Both the position numbers and the translations under genes were made by a program. Under the pieces are notes generated by a model. It did not search any database, had not been told where the DNA came from, and saw only the letters and a list, made by a program, of their open reading frames with translations. A DNA stretch of 35,397 nucleotides from Octopus bimaculoides (taxonomy: Eukaryota), in NCBI RefSeq assembly GCF_001194135.2, contig NC_069001.1, positions 31,164,814 to 31,200,210 on the forward strand, read 5' to 3'. Positions 23,178-34,453 of the stretch are shown here, in pieces (position 1 is the first letter of the stretch; each line of letters starts with the position of its first letter).

Positions 23178-23910
23178 NNNNNNNNNNNNNNNNNNNNNNN
23201 NNNNNNNNNNNNNNNNNNNNNNNNNNNNNNNNNNNNNNNNNNNNNNNNNNNNNNNNNNNNNNNNNNNNNNNNNNNNNNNNNNNNNNNNNNNNNNNNNNNN
23301 NNNNNNNNNNNNNNNNNNNNNNNNNNNNNNNNNNNNNNNNNNNNNNNNNNNNNNNNNNNNNNNNNNNNNNNNNNNNNNNNNNNNNNNNNNNNNNNNNNNN
23401 NNNNNNNNNNNNNNNNNNNNNNNNNNNNNNNNNNNNNNNNNNNNNNNNNNNNNNNNNNNNNNNNNNNNNNNNNNNNNNNNNNNNNNNNNNNNNNNNNNNN
23501 NNNNNNNNNNNNNNNNNNNNNNNNNNNNNNNNNNNNNNNNNNNNNNNNNNNNNNNNNNNNNNNNNNNNNNNNNNNNNNNNNNNNNNNNNNNNNNNNNNNN
23601 NNNNNNNNNNNNNNNNNNNNNNNNNNNNNNNNNNNNNNNNNNNNNNNNNNNNNNNNNNNNNNNNNNNNNNNNNNNNNNNNNNNNNNNNNNNNNNNNNNNN
23701 NNNNNNNNNNNNNNNNNNNNNNNNNNNNNNNNNNNNNNNNNNNNNNNNNNNNNNNNNNNNNNNNNNNNNNNNNNNNNNNNNNNNNNNNNNNNNNNNNNNN
23801 NNNNNNNNNNNNNNNNNNNNNNNNNNNNNNNNNNNNNNNNNNNNNNNNNNNNNNNNNNNNNNNNNNNNNNNNNNNNNNNNNNNNNNNNNNNNNNNNNNNN
23901 NNNNNNNNNN

Positions 23911-23972
<62 letters not shown>

Positions 23973-24375
23973 TTGTATATATAATATCTTACTTTTGAAT
24001 ATCTGGCGTTCTTGTTATCTTTCATTTATTTGTTCATGTCTGGGCTACGAAAGGTCTTTATATATTTTTGTTGGTCGTAATCATTCATACCAGTATGTAA
24101 TTCGTGATGAGGAATCTAATTTGTATTTCATGAAGAGTTTTTCGTCTTTGTCTGTGGAATTAATTAGACTCCCAAACAATTTGTAGAATATATTGGTTTT
24201 GTACCAACTTCGATTTGAATTGGGTTAAAGTTCGTCTACACTTACAATCTTTTTCCTTTCCTTACTCGTCATATATTAGAATTTTCTTATTATCTTTAGT
24301 ATCTTTAAAGTGTGTTATCTTTAAAGCCGCGGTCATGCTGGTGCACCACCGTTGTTAAATAAAATTTCATGGAAG

Positions 24376-24606
24376 TATTGAGTTGTCCGGAAAGTTCATG
24401 CCGTTTTTAAAGGAAAGAAAAAGGTCAATAAATACTTGCCATTACATTTTTAATCAAACAAATATGAACCATTTTGTTGCACAATGCGTCTCCATCTTTC
24501 TTTTAACTTGAAAATACCCTCTTCCCAGAATTGAGGTGGTTTCATAGCAAATAAGTCGAAAGGTAAGCTACTATAAATCGGCACGAACTTTCCGGACGAC
24601 CCAATA
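24376..24606 (-). mobile_element. 231-bp mariner mini-element (MITE-like deletion derivative) with 26-bp TIRs and TA duplication
   Basis: TA|TTGAGTTGTCCGGAAAGTTCATGCCG (24378-24403) and CGGCACGAACTTTCCGGACGACCCAA|TA (24579-24604), 3 mismatches. The interior minus strand, 24560-24450, encodes FDLFAMKPPQFWEEGIFKLKERWRRIVQQNGSYLFD*, the mariner C-terminus. Confidence 0.95.
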
Positions 24607-24630
24607 TTTTGCTGTCATGTACATATATAT

Positions 24631-24845
24631 ATTCTTTTACTCTTTTGCTTGTTTCAGTCATTTGACTGCGGCAATGTTGGAGCACCACCTTCAGTCGAAC
24701 AAATCGATCTCAGGACTTATTCTTTGTAAGCCTAGTACTTATTCTATCGGTTTATTTTGCTGAACCGCTAGGTTAGAGGAGCGTAAACACACCAGCATCG
24801 GTTGTCAAGCGATGTTGGGGGTGAAGACACACACACACACACACA
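24631..24845 (-). mobile_element. SINE family A, 3' half
   Basis: Colinear reverse complement of 34450-34630 (CACCAGCATCGGTTGTCAAGCGATG...). Confidence 0.92.
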
Positions 24846-25448
24846 TATTACACATACATACATACATACCTGTACAACAGGGAACTCTGACAGAATCTGA
24901 ATCTAAGACATGCAGCCATTCATTTATATGTACATGCATATTGGAAGGGAAAGACAAAATGCCAAAGTATGTCTGTGCGAGTGTGTGTGTGTGTGTGTGT
25001 GCGTGTGTGTGNNNNNNNNNNNNNNNNNNNNNNNNNNNNNNNNNNNNNNNNNNNNNNNNNNNNNNNNNNNNNNNNNNNNNNNNNNNNNNNNNNNNNNNNN
25101 NNNNNNNNNNNATATATATATACACACATATATATATATACACACATACATACATACATATAAACAAACGCAAAAGGCGTGTGCCAGCATTTATTAAAAT
25201 CAATTTCACGTCACAAAACAATATTCAACCAGAAAACGTTCGTTGATTTCTTTCCTCAGACTCGAATATTCAAATAAATGAACACATTTTATGTTAATAT
25301 CTTGGTCTTGTTTGTCTCTTCCTTTAGCCACCAGATGTCTCTGCTCACTAAATACGCCATTAACACGTATCTATGCATAATCTATGGTAATTCGAGAGTT
25401 GTCAGTTCTCATTAGCCATCTTGTTAGTATGAAATAAAGTTGGAATGC

Positions 25449-25526
<78 letters not shown>

Positions 25527-25659
25527 GTGTGTGTGTGTGCCTGTGTGTTTTTATAGATATATGTTCGTATGTCCATACATACATACATGCGTGTGTATAT
25601 ATATATATATAAACAGAAACATACATTCGGAATAATAAGATAGATGGACGGTTAGAGTC

Positions 25660-25715
25660 TTTTAGTATGTATAAATACACATATATATGAATGAATGTAT
25701 AAATGTATGAATAAG

Positions 25716-25748
<33 letters not shown>

Positions 25749-26255
25749 ATACATATATATACACACATATATATACATGTATATATATATATATGTATAT
25801 ATGTAAGTATATATATATGTACATATATATATGTATGTACATATATATGTGTGTGTGTATATGTATACATGTATATATATACACATATATATATATGTGT
25901 ATATATGTATATACATATGTATGTGTATATATATATGTATATATATATACATATGTATATATATGTATATATATACATATGTATATATATATATGTACAT
26001 ACATACACATGTATGTATATATATGTATATATGCATACACTTGTATGCATATGTATATGCCACAACACATTATATATATATACATATATATATATGTACA
26101 TATATATATATACATACATATGTATGTATATATACATATATATATACATACATATGTATGTATATATACATATATATATATACATACATATATCTGTATA
26201 TACATATATATGTATGTATATATACATATACATACATATGTATGTATATATATAA
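25660..26255. repeat. Long compound (TA/CA/TG) low-complexity tract
   Basis: About 600 bp almost entirely of alternating purine-pyrimidine dinucleotides; yields Y/I/M/C/H ORFs in all frames. Confidence 0.95.
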
Positions 26256-26959
26256 TGGCTTGTGGCATCAGGCTGGTGTGAAATGCAATTAAACATAAAA
26301 TACTGCTCAATACCCATATGTAGATTGGAATCACGTGTGTGTATGTGTGTATACATAAGTATAGAGATATCTAAATATATTTACATAGATAGATACATAC
26401 ATACATACATTGAGTGATTGACTTATTGATTGATTCTTTGATTGATTGGTTGATTGATTGACAGATACGTACATATACATATGTGTTTATATATATGCAT
26501 ATTTATATCAAAATATGTGCATATATGTGTAAGTACAAAGATATATACATAACTACATACATTTTCCTAATACCTCTCTTCTGGTGTTCAAACAGATGCC
26601 TTGGTTTGTTTTGTCGATGTTTTCGTATTTCCCGTTTTCCCGACTTATGGCAGGGTTTAGATTTTTAGTTGAGTACCGGATTCGATGTAATCGAATTTCC
26701 TGCTCTCACGAAATTGCTGGTCTTCTGGCAAAATATGAAATCACTGTTGTCATTATTATTGAAAAGATTTTTATTCGGTTTCATTCTCTCAGGAGCTTGG
26801 ATCCTATGACGAGACTCCGAAACCTTATGTTGCATGGGGCCGAATAAAACTGTCTTAAATGATAATACAAGTTATTCATGCTCGATCGTATATGTGTCCG
26901 TTCACTCGTATATATGCCTGTGTTTATGTCTGTATATACATATATATAAATATATTTTA

Positions 26960-27310
26960 AAAATAACGTCGACCACTAACGTGGACAATTAATGCGCTAG
27001 AAATAGATCACATTTTGTGTCTATTAAGACCTAAAAAGTTCTCAACATAGCAGCATACCAAAAACGTGAGCGGGCAAGACATTTAAAATCACCTAAAAAA
27101 AAAAAATCATTATTAAACAGGAACCAGGTTTCGGATTTAACAAATTCTTACCATTTGTCTATTCCTCATCAGCCTGATTTGTAATGTAGCACCAATTATC
27201 AGAATCGTATACATAGTTGCCCACCGCCATGGGTGCGCGTGCATATGGTTCTGCTAATTACAGCTTAATGGTAAAGTTCAAAAGTCTTCGTTTTGGCGCG
27301 CCAATTCCAG
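26960..27310 (-). mobile_element. Possible Penelope-like element terminal repeat carrying the hammerhead
   Basis: Inferred from the known association of minimal hammerheads with Penelope-like elements. No RT or GIY-YIG coding sequence is visible, and the block runs into an 809-N gap. Confidence 0.35.
27108..27186 (-). ncRNA. Type I hammerhead ribozyme candidate (minimal, palindromic stem III)
   Basis: Minus strand: CAUUA-C-AAA-U-CAGG [CUGAUGA] GGA-AUA-GACAAAU-GGUAAGA-AUUUGUU-AAA-UCC [GAA] ACC-U-GGU [U] CCUG-UUU-AA-UAAUG. All conserved core positions are present and stems I and II pair; the predicted cleavage site is after GUU, between 27122 and 27121. Confidence 0.7.
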
Positions 27311-28119
27311 NNNNNNNNNNNNNNNNNNNNNNNNNNNNNNNNNNNNNNNNNNNNNNNNNNNNNNNNNNNNNNNNNNNNNNNNNNNNNNNNNNNNNNNNNN
27401 NNNNNNNNNNNNNNNNNNNNNNNNNNNNNNNNNNNNNNNNNNNNNNNNNNNNNNNNNNNNNNNNNNNNNNNNNNNNNNNNNNNNNNNNNNNNNNNNNNNN
27501 NNNNNNNNNNNNNNNNNNNNNNNNNNNNNNNNNNNNNNNNNNNNNNNNNNNNNNNNNNNNNNNNNNNNNNNNNNNNNNNNNNNNNNNNNNNNNNNNNNNN
27601 NNNNNNNNNNNNNNNNNNNNNNNNNNNNNNNNNNNNNNNNNNNNNNNNNNNNNNNNNNNNNNNNNNNNNNNNNNNNNNNNNNNNNNNNNNNNNNNNNNNN
27701 NNNNNNNNNNNNNNNNNNNNNNNNNNNNNNNNNNNNNNNNNNNNNNNNNNNNNNNNNNNNNNNNNNNNNNNNNNNNNNNNNNNNNNNNNNNNNNNNNNNN
27801 NNNNNNNNNNNNNNNNNNNNNNNNNNNNNNNNNNNNNNNNNNNNNNNNNNNNNNNNNNNNNNNNNNNNNNNNNNNNNNNNNNNNNNNNNNNNNNNNNNNN
27901 NNNNNNNNNNNNNNNNNNNNNNNNNNNNNNNNNNNNNNNNNNNNNNNNNNNNNNNNNNNNNNNNNNNNNNNNNNNNNNNNNNNNNNNNNNNNNNNNNNNN
28001 NNNNNNNNNNNNNNNNNNNNNNNNNNNNNNNNNNNNNNNNNNNNNNNNNNNNNNNNNNNNNNNNNNNNNNNNNNNNNNNNNNNNNNNNNNNNNNNNNNNN
28101 NNNNNNNNNNNNNNNNNNN

Positions 28120-28335
28120 AGGATCGCGGTTTCGATTCCCAGACTGGGCGTTGTGAATGTTTATTGAGTTTCCTCCTATACTTGTATTTCAAAGGGCCAG
28201 CCATGCCACACTCTGTGTCACGCTGAATCCCTCCCGAGAAAGACGTTAAGGGTACACGTGTCTGTCGAGTGTTCAGCCACTTGCACGTTAATTTCACGAG
28301 CAGACTGTTCCGTTGATCAGATCAACGGAGTGACA
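28120..28335 (+). mobile_element. SINE family C, internally deleted copy
   Basis: Head GGATCGCGGTTTCGATTCCCAGACTGGGCGTTGTG is joined almost directly to the 3' half TGTATTTCAAAGGGCCAGCC...CCGTTGATCAGATCAAC. Confidence 0.88.
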
Positions 28336-28364
28336 CAAGATGTATATATACATATACATATATG

Positions 28365-28407
<43 letters not shown>

Positions 28408-28464
28408 TCCTATACTTATCTCTGTGTGTTTAGGTACTTTTTACTCGTTGATGATGTCCTGTAT

Positions 28465-28505
<41 letters not shown>

Positions 28506-28705
28506 GTCTGAGAAAGGCAAGCAACCCCAAATTTCGAATTCAATGTCAGCCATTTCCTAGTAGGGGTTTAATAAACATATACACTGTGTAATCATTCAAT
28601 ATATTATGTTAAACTTTTTTATATGCAACTTGACATTAAAAACAGATACATATGTGTGTGTGTGTGTGTGTGTGTGTGTTTGTCCGTGTGTATATATATA
28701 TATAT

Positions 28706-28740
<35 letters not shown>

Positions 28741-28795
28741 CATACACAGATAGATACATACATACACACATAGAGATACATAGATATATAAACAT

Positions 28796-28906
28796 ATATT
28801 CTTTTATTCTTTCACTTGTTTCATTCATTAGACTGCGGCCATGATGGAGCACCACATTTAGTCGAACAACTCAACTCTGCGACTTGTTCTTTTTAAGCCT
28901 AGTATA
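28796..28906 (-). mobile_element. SINE family A, 3' tail
   Basis: CTTGTTTCATTCATTAGACTGCGGCCATGATGGAGCACC...TAGTCGAACAA...TAAGCCTAGTA. Confidence 0.85.
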
Positions 28907-29243
28907 CTTATATTTACATATCACAAATGATAAATATATATATATATATGTATGAGAGGGAGAGAGAGACAGAGAGATATATTCATATATATTCATACAT
29001 GCATACATACACATGCGTACACATAGACAGCTAGATAGTTAGATAGATAAAGAGAATGAGAGGGAGAGAGAGGGGAGATTTCGGTAATATTACATACGAA
29101 AAATGTTGCTGCGAGGGCGTATTTTCTTGGTCTCGTTTACAAGTATATGTAAATTCGAAGCTTTGTTTGATGGATGTCATGTGGTCGTGTAAGTTGTATT
29201 GGAAAGGGTTAGCGTAATATGGAAATCTTAACACTTTTATCGG

Positions 29244-29298
29244 ATTGATAAGGTCGGATTCAATGTTTCTCGGGGTCACTGAATACGACCTTATCAAT
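29244..29298. ncRNA. Pre-miRNA-sized hairpin (candidate)
   Basis: ATTGATAAGGTCG (29244-29256) is the perfect reverse complement of CGACCTTATCAAT (29286-29298); after one mismatch ATTCA/TGAAT and TG/CA continue the stem. No expression evidence. Confidence 0.35.
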
Positions 29299-29567
29299 AT
29301 GAAATGCAGATAAATTTGTATTAACACTGTTTAGATGAAATGAATGAAAATATTATGAGTACGAACCGATGTTTTCTGTGTTCTGAATATTTATCAGAAG
29401 TGAACAGATGGAAAAATGTATGATAAATATATGTGTCTAGTGACCACGTAAGTTGATTATTGGCATGTATATTTTTGTATATCTGAGCCTGTCGATGTGT
29501 CGCTAAATGTGTGCGGTGGTGTCCGTGTGAGTATGTGTGTATTTACATTTAATTGTGTATATGTGAG

Positions 29568-29610
<43 letters not shown>

Positions 29611-29968
29611 NNNNNNNNNNNNNNNNNNNNNNNNNNNNNNNNNNNNNNNNNNNNNNNNNNNNNNNNNNNNNNNNNNNNNNNNNNNNNNNNNNNNNNNNNN
29701 NNNNNNNNNNNNNNNNNNNNNNNNNNNNNNNNNNNNNNNNNNNNNNNNNNNNNNNNNNNNNNNNNNNNNNNNNNNNNNNNNNNNNNNNNNNNNNNNNNNN
29801 NNNNNNNNNNNNNNNNNNNNNNNNNNNNNNNNNNNNNNNNNNNNNNNNNNNNNNNNNNNNNNNNNNNNNNNNNNNNNNNNNNNNNNNNNNNNNNNNNNNN
29901 NNNNNNNNNNNNNNNNNNNNNNNNNNNNNNNNNNNNNNNNNNNNNNNNNNNNNNNNNNNNNNNNNNNN

Positions 29969-30004
<36 letters not shown>

Positions 30005-30044
30005 TATATACACACACACACATATATATATATATATGCAGTGA

Positions 30045-30175
30045 GGTGGGGGCGCGGGTCTTAATTGTTATTTTGTTGCGTTCACGAGATTGCGGTTTCA
30101 ATTTGTGGACTGGGAATTGAGCAGTTTTCTTGTGCAAAATGCTTCAGTTCCCGTTGTTCTGAGATCGACATCCGA
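30045..30175 (+). mobile_element. SINE family B, highly diverged 5' part
   Basis: GGGGGCGCGGGTCTTAATTGTTA...TCACGAGATTGCGGTTTCAATT..GGACTGGG...TTTTCTTGTGCAAAATGCTTCAGTT parallels 21461-21590. Confidence 0.55.
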
Positions 30176-30376
30176 CATGGAGCACAACCGTGCAACTTTG
30201 CAGGCAATATCGATTTGATAGAGGGTCTTAAGTAATGTAGAGCATAAATTCGAAAGCCATGAACATAACATCTTCGCAAGTTCTTCACCATGAAGTTCGT
30301 GAATCCTCATGTATCGTCTCAAGCGGGAGAGCCCGCGCGCTGTATATATATATGTGTGTGTGTACACACACACACA

Positions 30377-30433
<57 letters not shown>

Positions 30434-30547
30434 NNNNNNNNNNNNNNNNNNNNNNNNNNNNNNNNNNNNNNNNNNNNNNNNNNNNNNNNNNNNNNNTCTC
30501 TCTCTCTCTCTCTCTCTCTATCTATATATATATATATATATATATAT

Positions 30548-31859
30548 ACAGGTCTTACTGTCATACTCAAATTCAGTATGTGATACTCTAATTGTATAGT
30601 CATATGCAATACATATTGCCCACCTGATGCTCCAAACCACATAGGCAAATTTGAAGATTGCCTCACAAGAATTAAAGAAATCCTCATGCAACTGAAACAC
30701 CACGCAAGCATATTCCTTATGGGCGACTTCAACTTCCCCAACCTCAAATGGCCCGATGGACTCATGCTCTCAGGACTCATTGCAAAGAAGCACAGGTGGA
30801 GTCCCTGCTGAACCTCACCAATGCCCTATTCATGGAGCAAGTTGTACTCAGAGCTATTAGGGCGAATAACATTTTGGATCTCTGCTTCACGAACATTATA
30901 GACATCATTGATGACGTGAAAGTGACGCCGACATTAGTCTCGGATCACAACATAATAGAGCTGTCTATGTTTGGGCCGAAAGTAGCCAGAGACATACAGC
31001 CTAAAGGAAGCACCCGAAATCTCTCCAATCTGATCTTCCACAAAGCAGACTGGAAATCGATCCAAAAATAGATCCGCAGACAGGACTAGCCAAAATGTCT
31101 CTCCATTCCAGACATTGACTTGAAACTAGAATATCCCATGTCTGTTATGCAAGCTATATGCCAAAAATATGTTCCAGAGCACAAGGCCACAACAAATAGG
31201 AACAAGATTCCGAGGGAGAGGACGATCCTCATGAGACGACGGACGAAGGTTGCAAATCACACCAACCAACATCCCAAAATTAGCGAAAGGTCCCGCCTAA
31301 AAACAATACTGATGGAGATTGAAAAAATAGCCTGCAACAATGCTATATGAAGGAGAGAGCAGACAAAGAAGCCTGGGTTATAAAAAACATTAAGTCAAAC
31401 CCAAAGGTTTTCTTTTATTACGCTAAAGAAACAGCATCAGTACGCTGCAAGATAGGGCCCCTCTTCCAAAAGGAAGGCCACCTCACGGATAGTCTAACCA
31501 GGATCAGTGAGATACTGAATGACCAGTTCAAAAGTGTCTTTACCACCCCATTGGAACACATACAAGTTAACGAACCAATCCATAAAAGGGGAAGCAGAGC
31601 AGATGCCACAAACTGTAGGCCTATCTCTCTGACTTCACACATCAGCAAAGTCATGGAAAGGATAGTCAGAAGGAAACTAATCGCATTCGTTGAAGAAAAT
31701 AAATTGCTGAGTGATACCCAACATGGCTAGGATACCCAACCAGGTAGGAGCTGCCTGACCCAGCTCTTACAACATTATGACTGGGTGTTGAGGCAGTTAC
31801 TCAACAACTCAAACGTGGATGTAATGTACCTTGATTTTGCAAAAGCTTTTGACAAAGTG
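30548..31859 (+). mobile_element. CR1/L2-group LINE ORF2 pseudogene (APE endonuclease to early RT)
   Basis: APE motifs YCPPD, MGDFNFP, RANNILDLCFTN and VSDHN; then IKSNPKVFFYYAK; NCRPISLTSHISKVMERIV; SDTQHG; GRSCLTQLL...DVMYLDFAKAFDKV (ends 31859). Stops, frameshifts and an internal deletion are present, and it is truncated before the catalytic YxDD. Confidence 0.93.
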
Positions 31860-31997
31860 TTCCTTTGAGGGCCCCGGTTGCATTGACAAAACGAACTAAG
31901 GGAATTATTTATAAATATATAAATAACATTATTATTCATAAGAAATAATAATATTAGTGGCCGCAAGCATAAAAAACCGATTGTTAGAGAGAGAGTG

Positions 31998-32029
<32 letters not shown>

Positions 32030-32363
32030 TTCTTTATTAGCCACACAGGGCTGAACACAGATGGGACAAATACAATGTAGAGTTTTTCTTTTCGAGGGAT
32101 GCGAAAACAAAATTAAAAAAAAACAAAAGTAGGAACAACGATTAAAAGGAATCGAAATCGTTTGGGATATATACAAAAAAAAAAATCAAAATAATACAAA
32201 AAGTTCCCAAGAAATGGGGAGGTTTATTCGTGGAAAGAAAAACCTACGAAAAGACCACGGTAACCTCGGGCGATAGTGTTACATTTTAACAAATTTATTT
32301 ACAAGGAGTAAGTAACTCTCTGCTTAAATTTTTTTTTAACGGACAAAACAAAGAGTTACTTAC

Positions 32364-32627
32364 CGTTCGAAAGTTCAGTTTCCTCTTCTGATTTTTCACC
32401 AAGGAGGCTACTATACAGTTTTTTACATTAATATTTTTGACATCTCCCCACCACCGCCGCCGCCGCTGGTGGTGGTGGTGGTAGTCTTCTTCTACTTCTT
32501 CTTTTTCTTCTTCAAGGTCGAAGCCTTTTGCGACGATATCGCTGTTGTTGTTGGTGGTGGTGGCGGCGGTGTTAGCGTTCTTGCTCACAGCTACACCTGT
32601 TTGTGTGTTACTTCTCCCCTTCTTCAT
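32364..32627 (-). other. Candidate first exon of an unidentified minus-strand host gene (coding status uncertain)
   Basis: CpG-rich, repeat-poor block. ATG at 32627 with an upstream in-frame TGA, then exactly 88 codons to ACG|GTAAGT (phase-0 donor at 32364/32363). The peptide is low-complexity and I do not recognise it. Confidence 0.25.
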
Positions 32628-33437
32628 GAAGCTGTGGTGAAGGGAGTGTAAAACATCAACGTCAAACGAGTTGCCAAGGAGACGGGCGTACGTTCTGAGA
32701 TCGTCTGCTTGGCTTGATCACGTCATGCTCAAGAAAAAAAATATGGCTAAGAAAGCCGAAAACAGTTTTACAAAATAGGCAAATTCCCCACACAGGGCAG
32801 ATTTCCCGTGCAAACAAATCGTACAACCGAATGTATCAATTATTGCACAACTTTTACATAAAAAAAATAATCCAAAAACAACTTTTTAAGGCAATAAAAA
32901 GCAAACTTACACGGAGCAATATCTCTCTCTCTCTCTTTCACACACACACACACACTTTCTCTCACCACACTCTCTCTCACCCTTTCTCTCTGTCTTCCTT
33001 TCTTTATCTCTTACTCTTTCTCTCTGTGTCTCTGTCTATCTATCTTTCACTCTCTCTTCTCTTCTCTCTCTCTCTCTCTCCTCTTTCTGTCTTATGTTTA
33101 AAACTCACCTTATGGAATTATAGACGAATACATTTACAGAAAAACTGTTGAATTAAATTTTTTTTTACTTCGTGAAAGCATTTTCTACTTTTTACTTTCA
33201 TCTCGTATCATGTTTATATCATTTTATCTTATAAATTTTTAATGGACGGCTGAGAGATCTTCGAAGAGTAAGAGGACTGGTGTGAGGTAGATAACCAAGT
33301 GAAATGGTAGAGGGTTGGTAACTGATAAGAGGAAGAATGAGGAGGGTTGTTGTGTTGTTGATGTGGCAAAGGGAAAGGAGTGATAACTCTAAGAGACGCA
33401 TTCAACTGTCCATTACAGAGATCCACACCTATGCACG

Positions 33438-33485
<48 letters not shown>

Positions 33486-34268
33486 TATATGCACACAGAC
33501 TCGTGCAAACACAATTTCGCACATGCATAAATTAGCCTCACTTTACGTGTCACCAGCTCTCTCTCCTTCACTCTCTCCAGTACTTCTTCCTTTCTCCGCG
33601 ACTCCCCCCTTTCCCCCCTCTTTCTTTTATCACCTCTTTCTCTCTTTCTATCTATCTATCTATCTATCTATGCTTCGTGTTGCTCTCTCTTTTTTTTTTT
33701 TTTTGCTTGCGACTCATTGTTACTCACTCTATCTTTGTCCCTCTTTCTCACTTCTTCTGTTCTATGACTTTTTCACTCCAGTCCCCTCTCTGTCCCTCTT
33801 TCTCTCTCTCTCTCTCCCCCTCCCTCACACACAGACGCACTCGCGCGCGCACACCTACACACACACACATACACACTAGCATTCGACAAACAACGTTGAA
33901 ACCGGAATTATCCGAAAACAACCGAAGCATTCCGTTTTTTTCTTTTAACATTTCTGAGCAGACGTTAAGTTGTCGCCTGCTAAATGCGTCGTCGTATTCC
34001 GTTCATTTTCACGAAGAAGACATCTAAGTCGACATTAAAGAGGTAACACTTTATTAAATTCATTGAAACTATTCAATTGCTCTTTACCACGTATAAAATT
34101 GTACTCAGCCAGTCATCTATTTTCAAAGAGGAAATTGTTAATCTTTCAGAATCTTAGCAGTCTGTCGTGTTATAATTGTCAGTCGTTCTCCTCGCAACGA
34201 AGCCATCTAAAGTTTAAACCGAAGATAAAATACTGTATTAAATTCATTGAAGAATATTGAAAATTGTA

Positions 34269-34418
34269 TAAGTAGCTTGCTTACCAACCACTCGGTTCCG
34301 GGTTCAGTCCCACTGCGTGGCACCTTGGGCAAGTGTCTTCTGCTATAGCCTCGGGCCGACCAAAGCCTTGTGAGTGGATTTGGTAGACGGAAACTGAAAG
34401 AAGCCCGTCGTATATATG

Positions 34419-34453
<35 letters not shown>

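Noticed and set aside
26803-26830. ATGACGA-GACTCC-GAAAC hammerhead-like string
   Set aside because: C3 is missing, stem II would be a single pair, and there is no stem I.
26584-26847. 87-aa ORF faintly like the post-RT region of Penelope proteins (IAGLLAKYEITVV...SLDP)
   Set aside because: The similarity is too vague to call by eye, and it is on the opposite strand to the ribozyme; it needs an HMM search.
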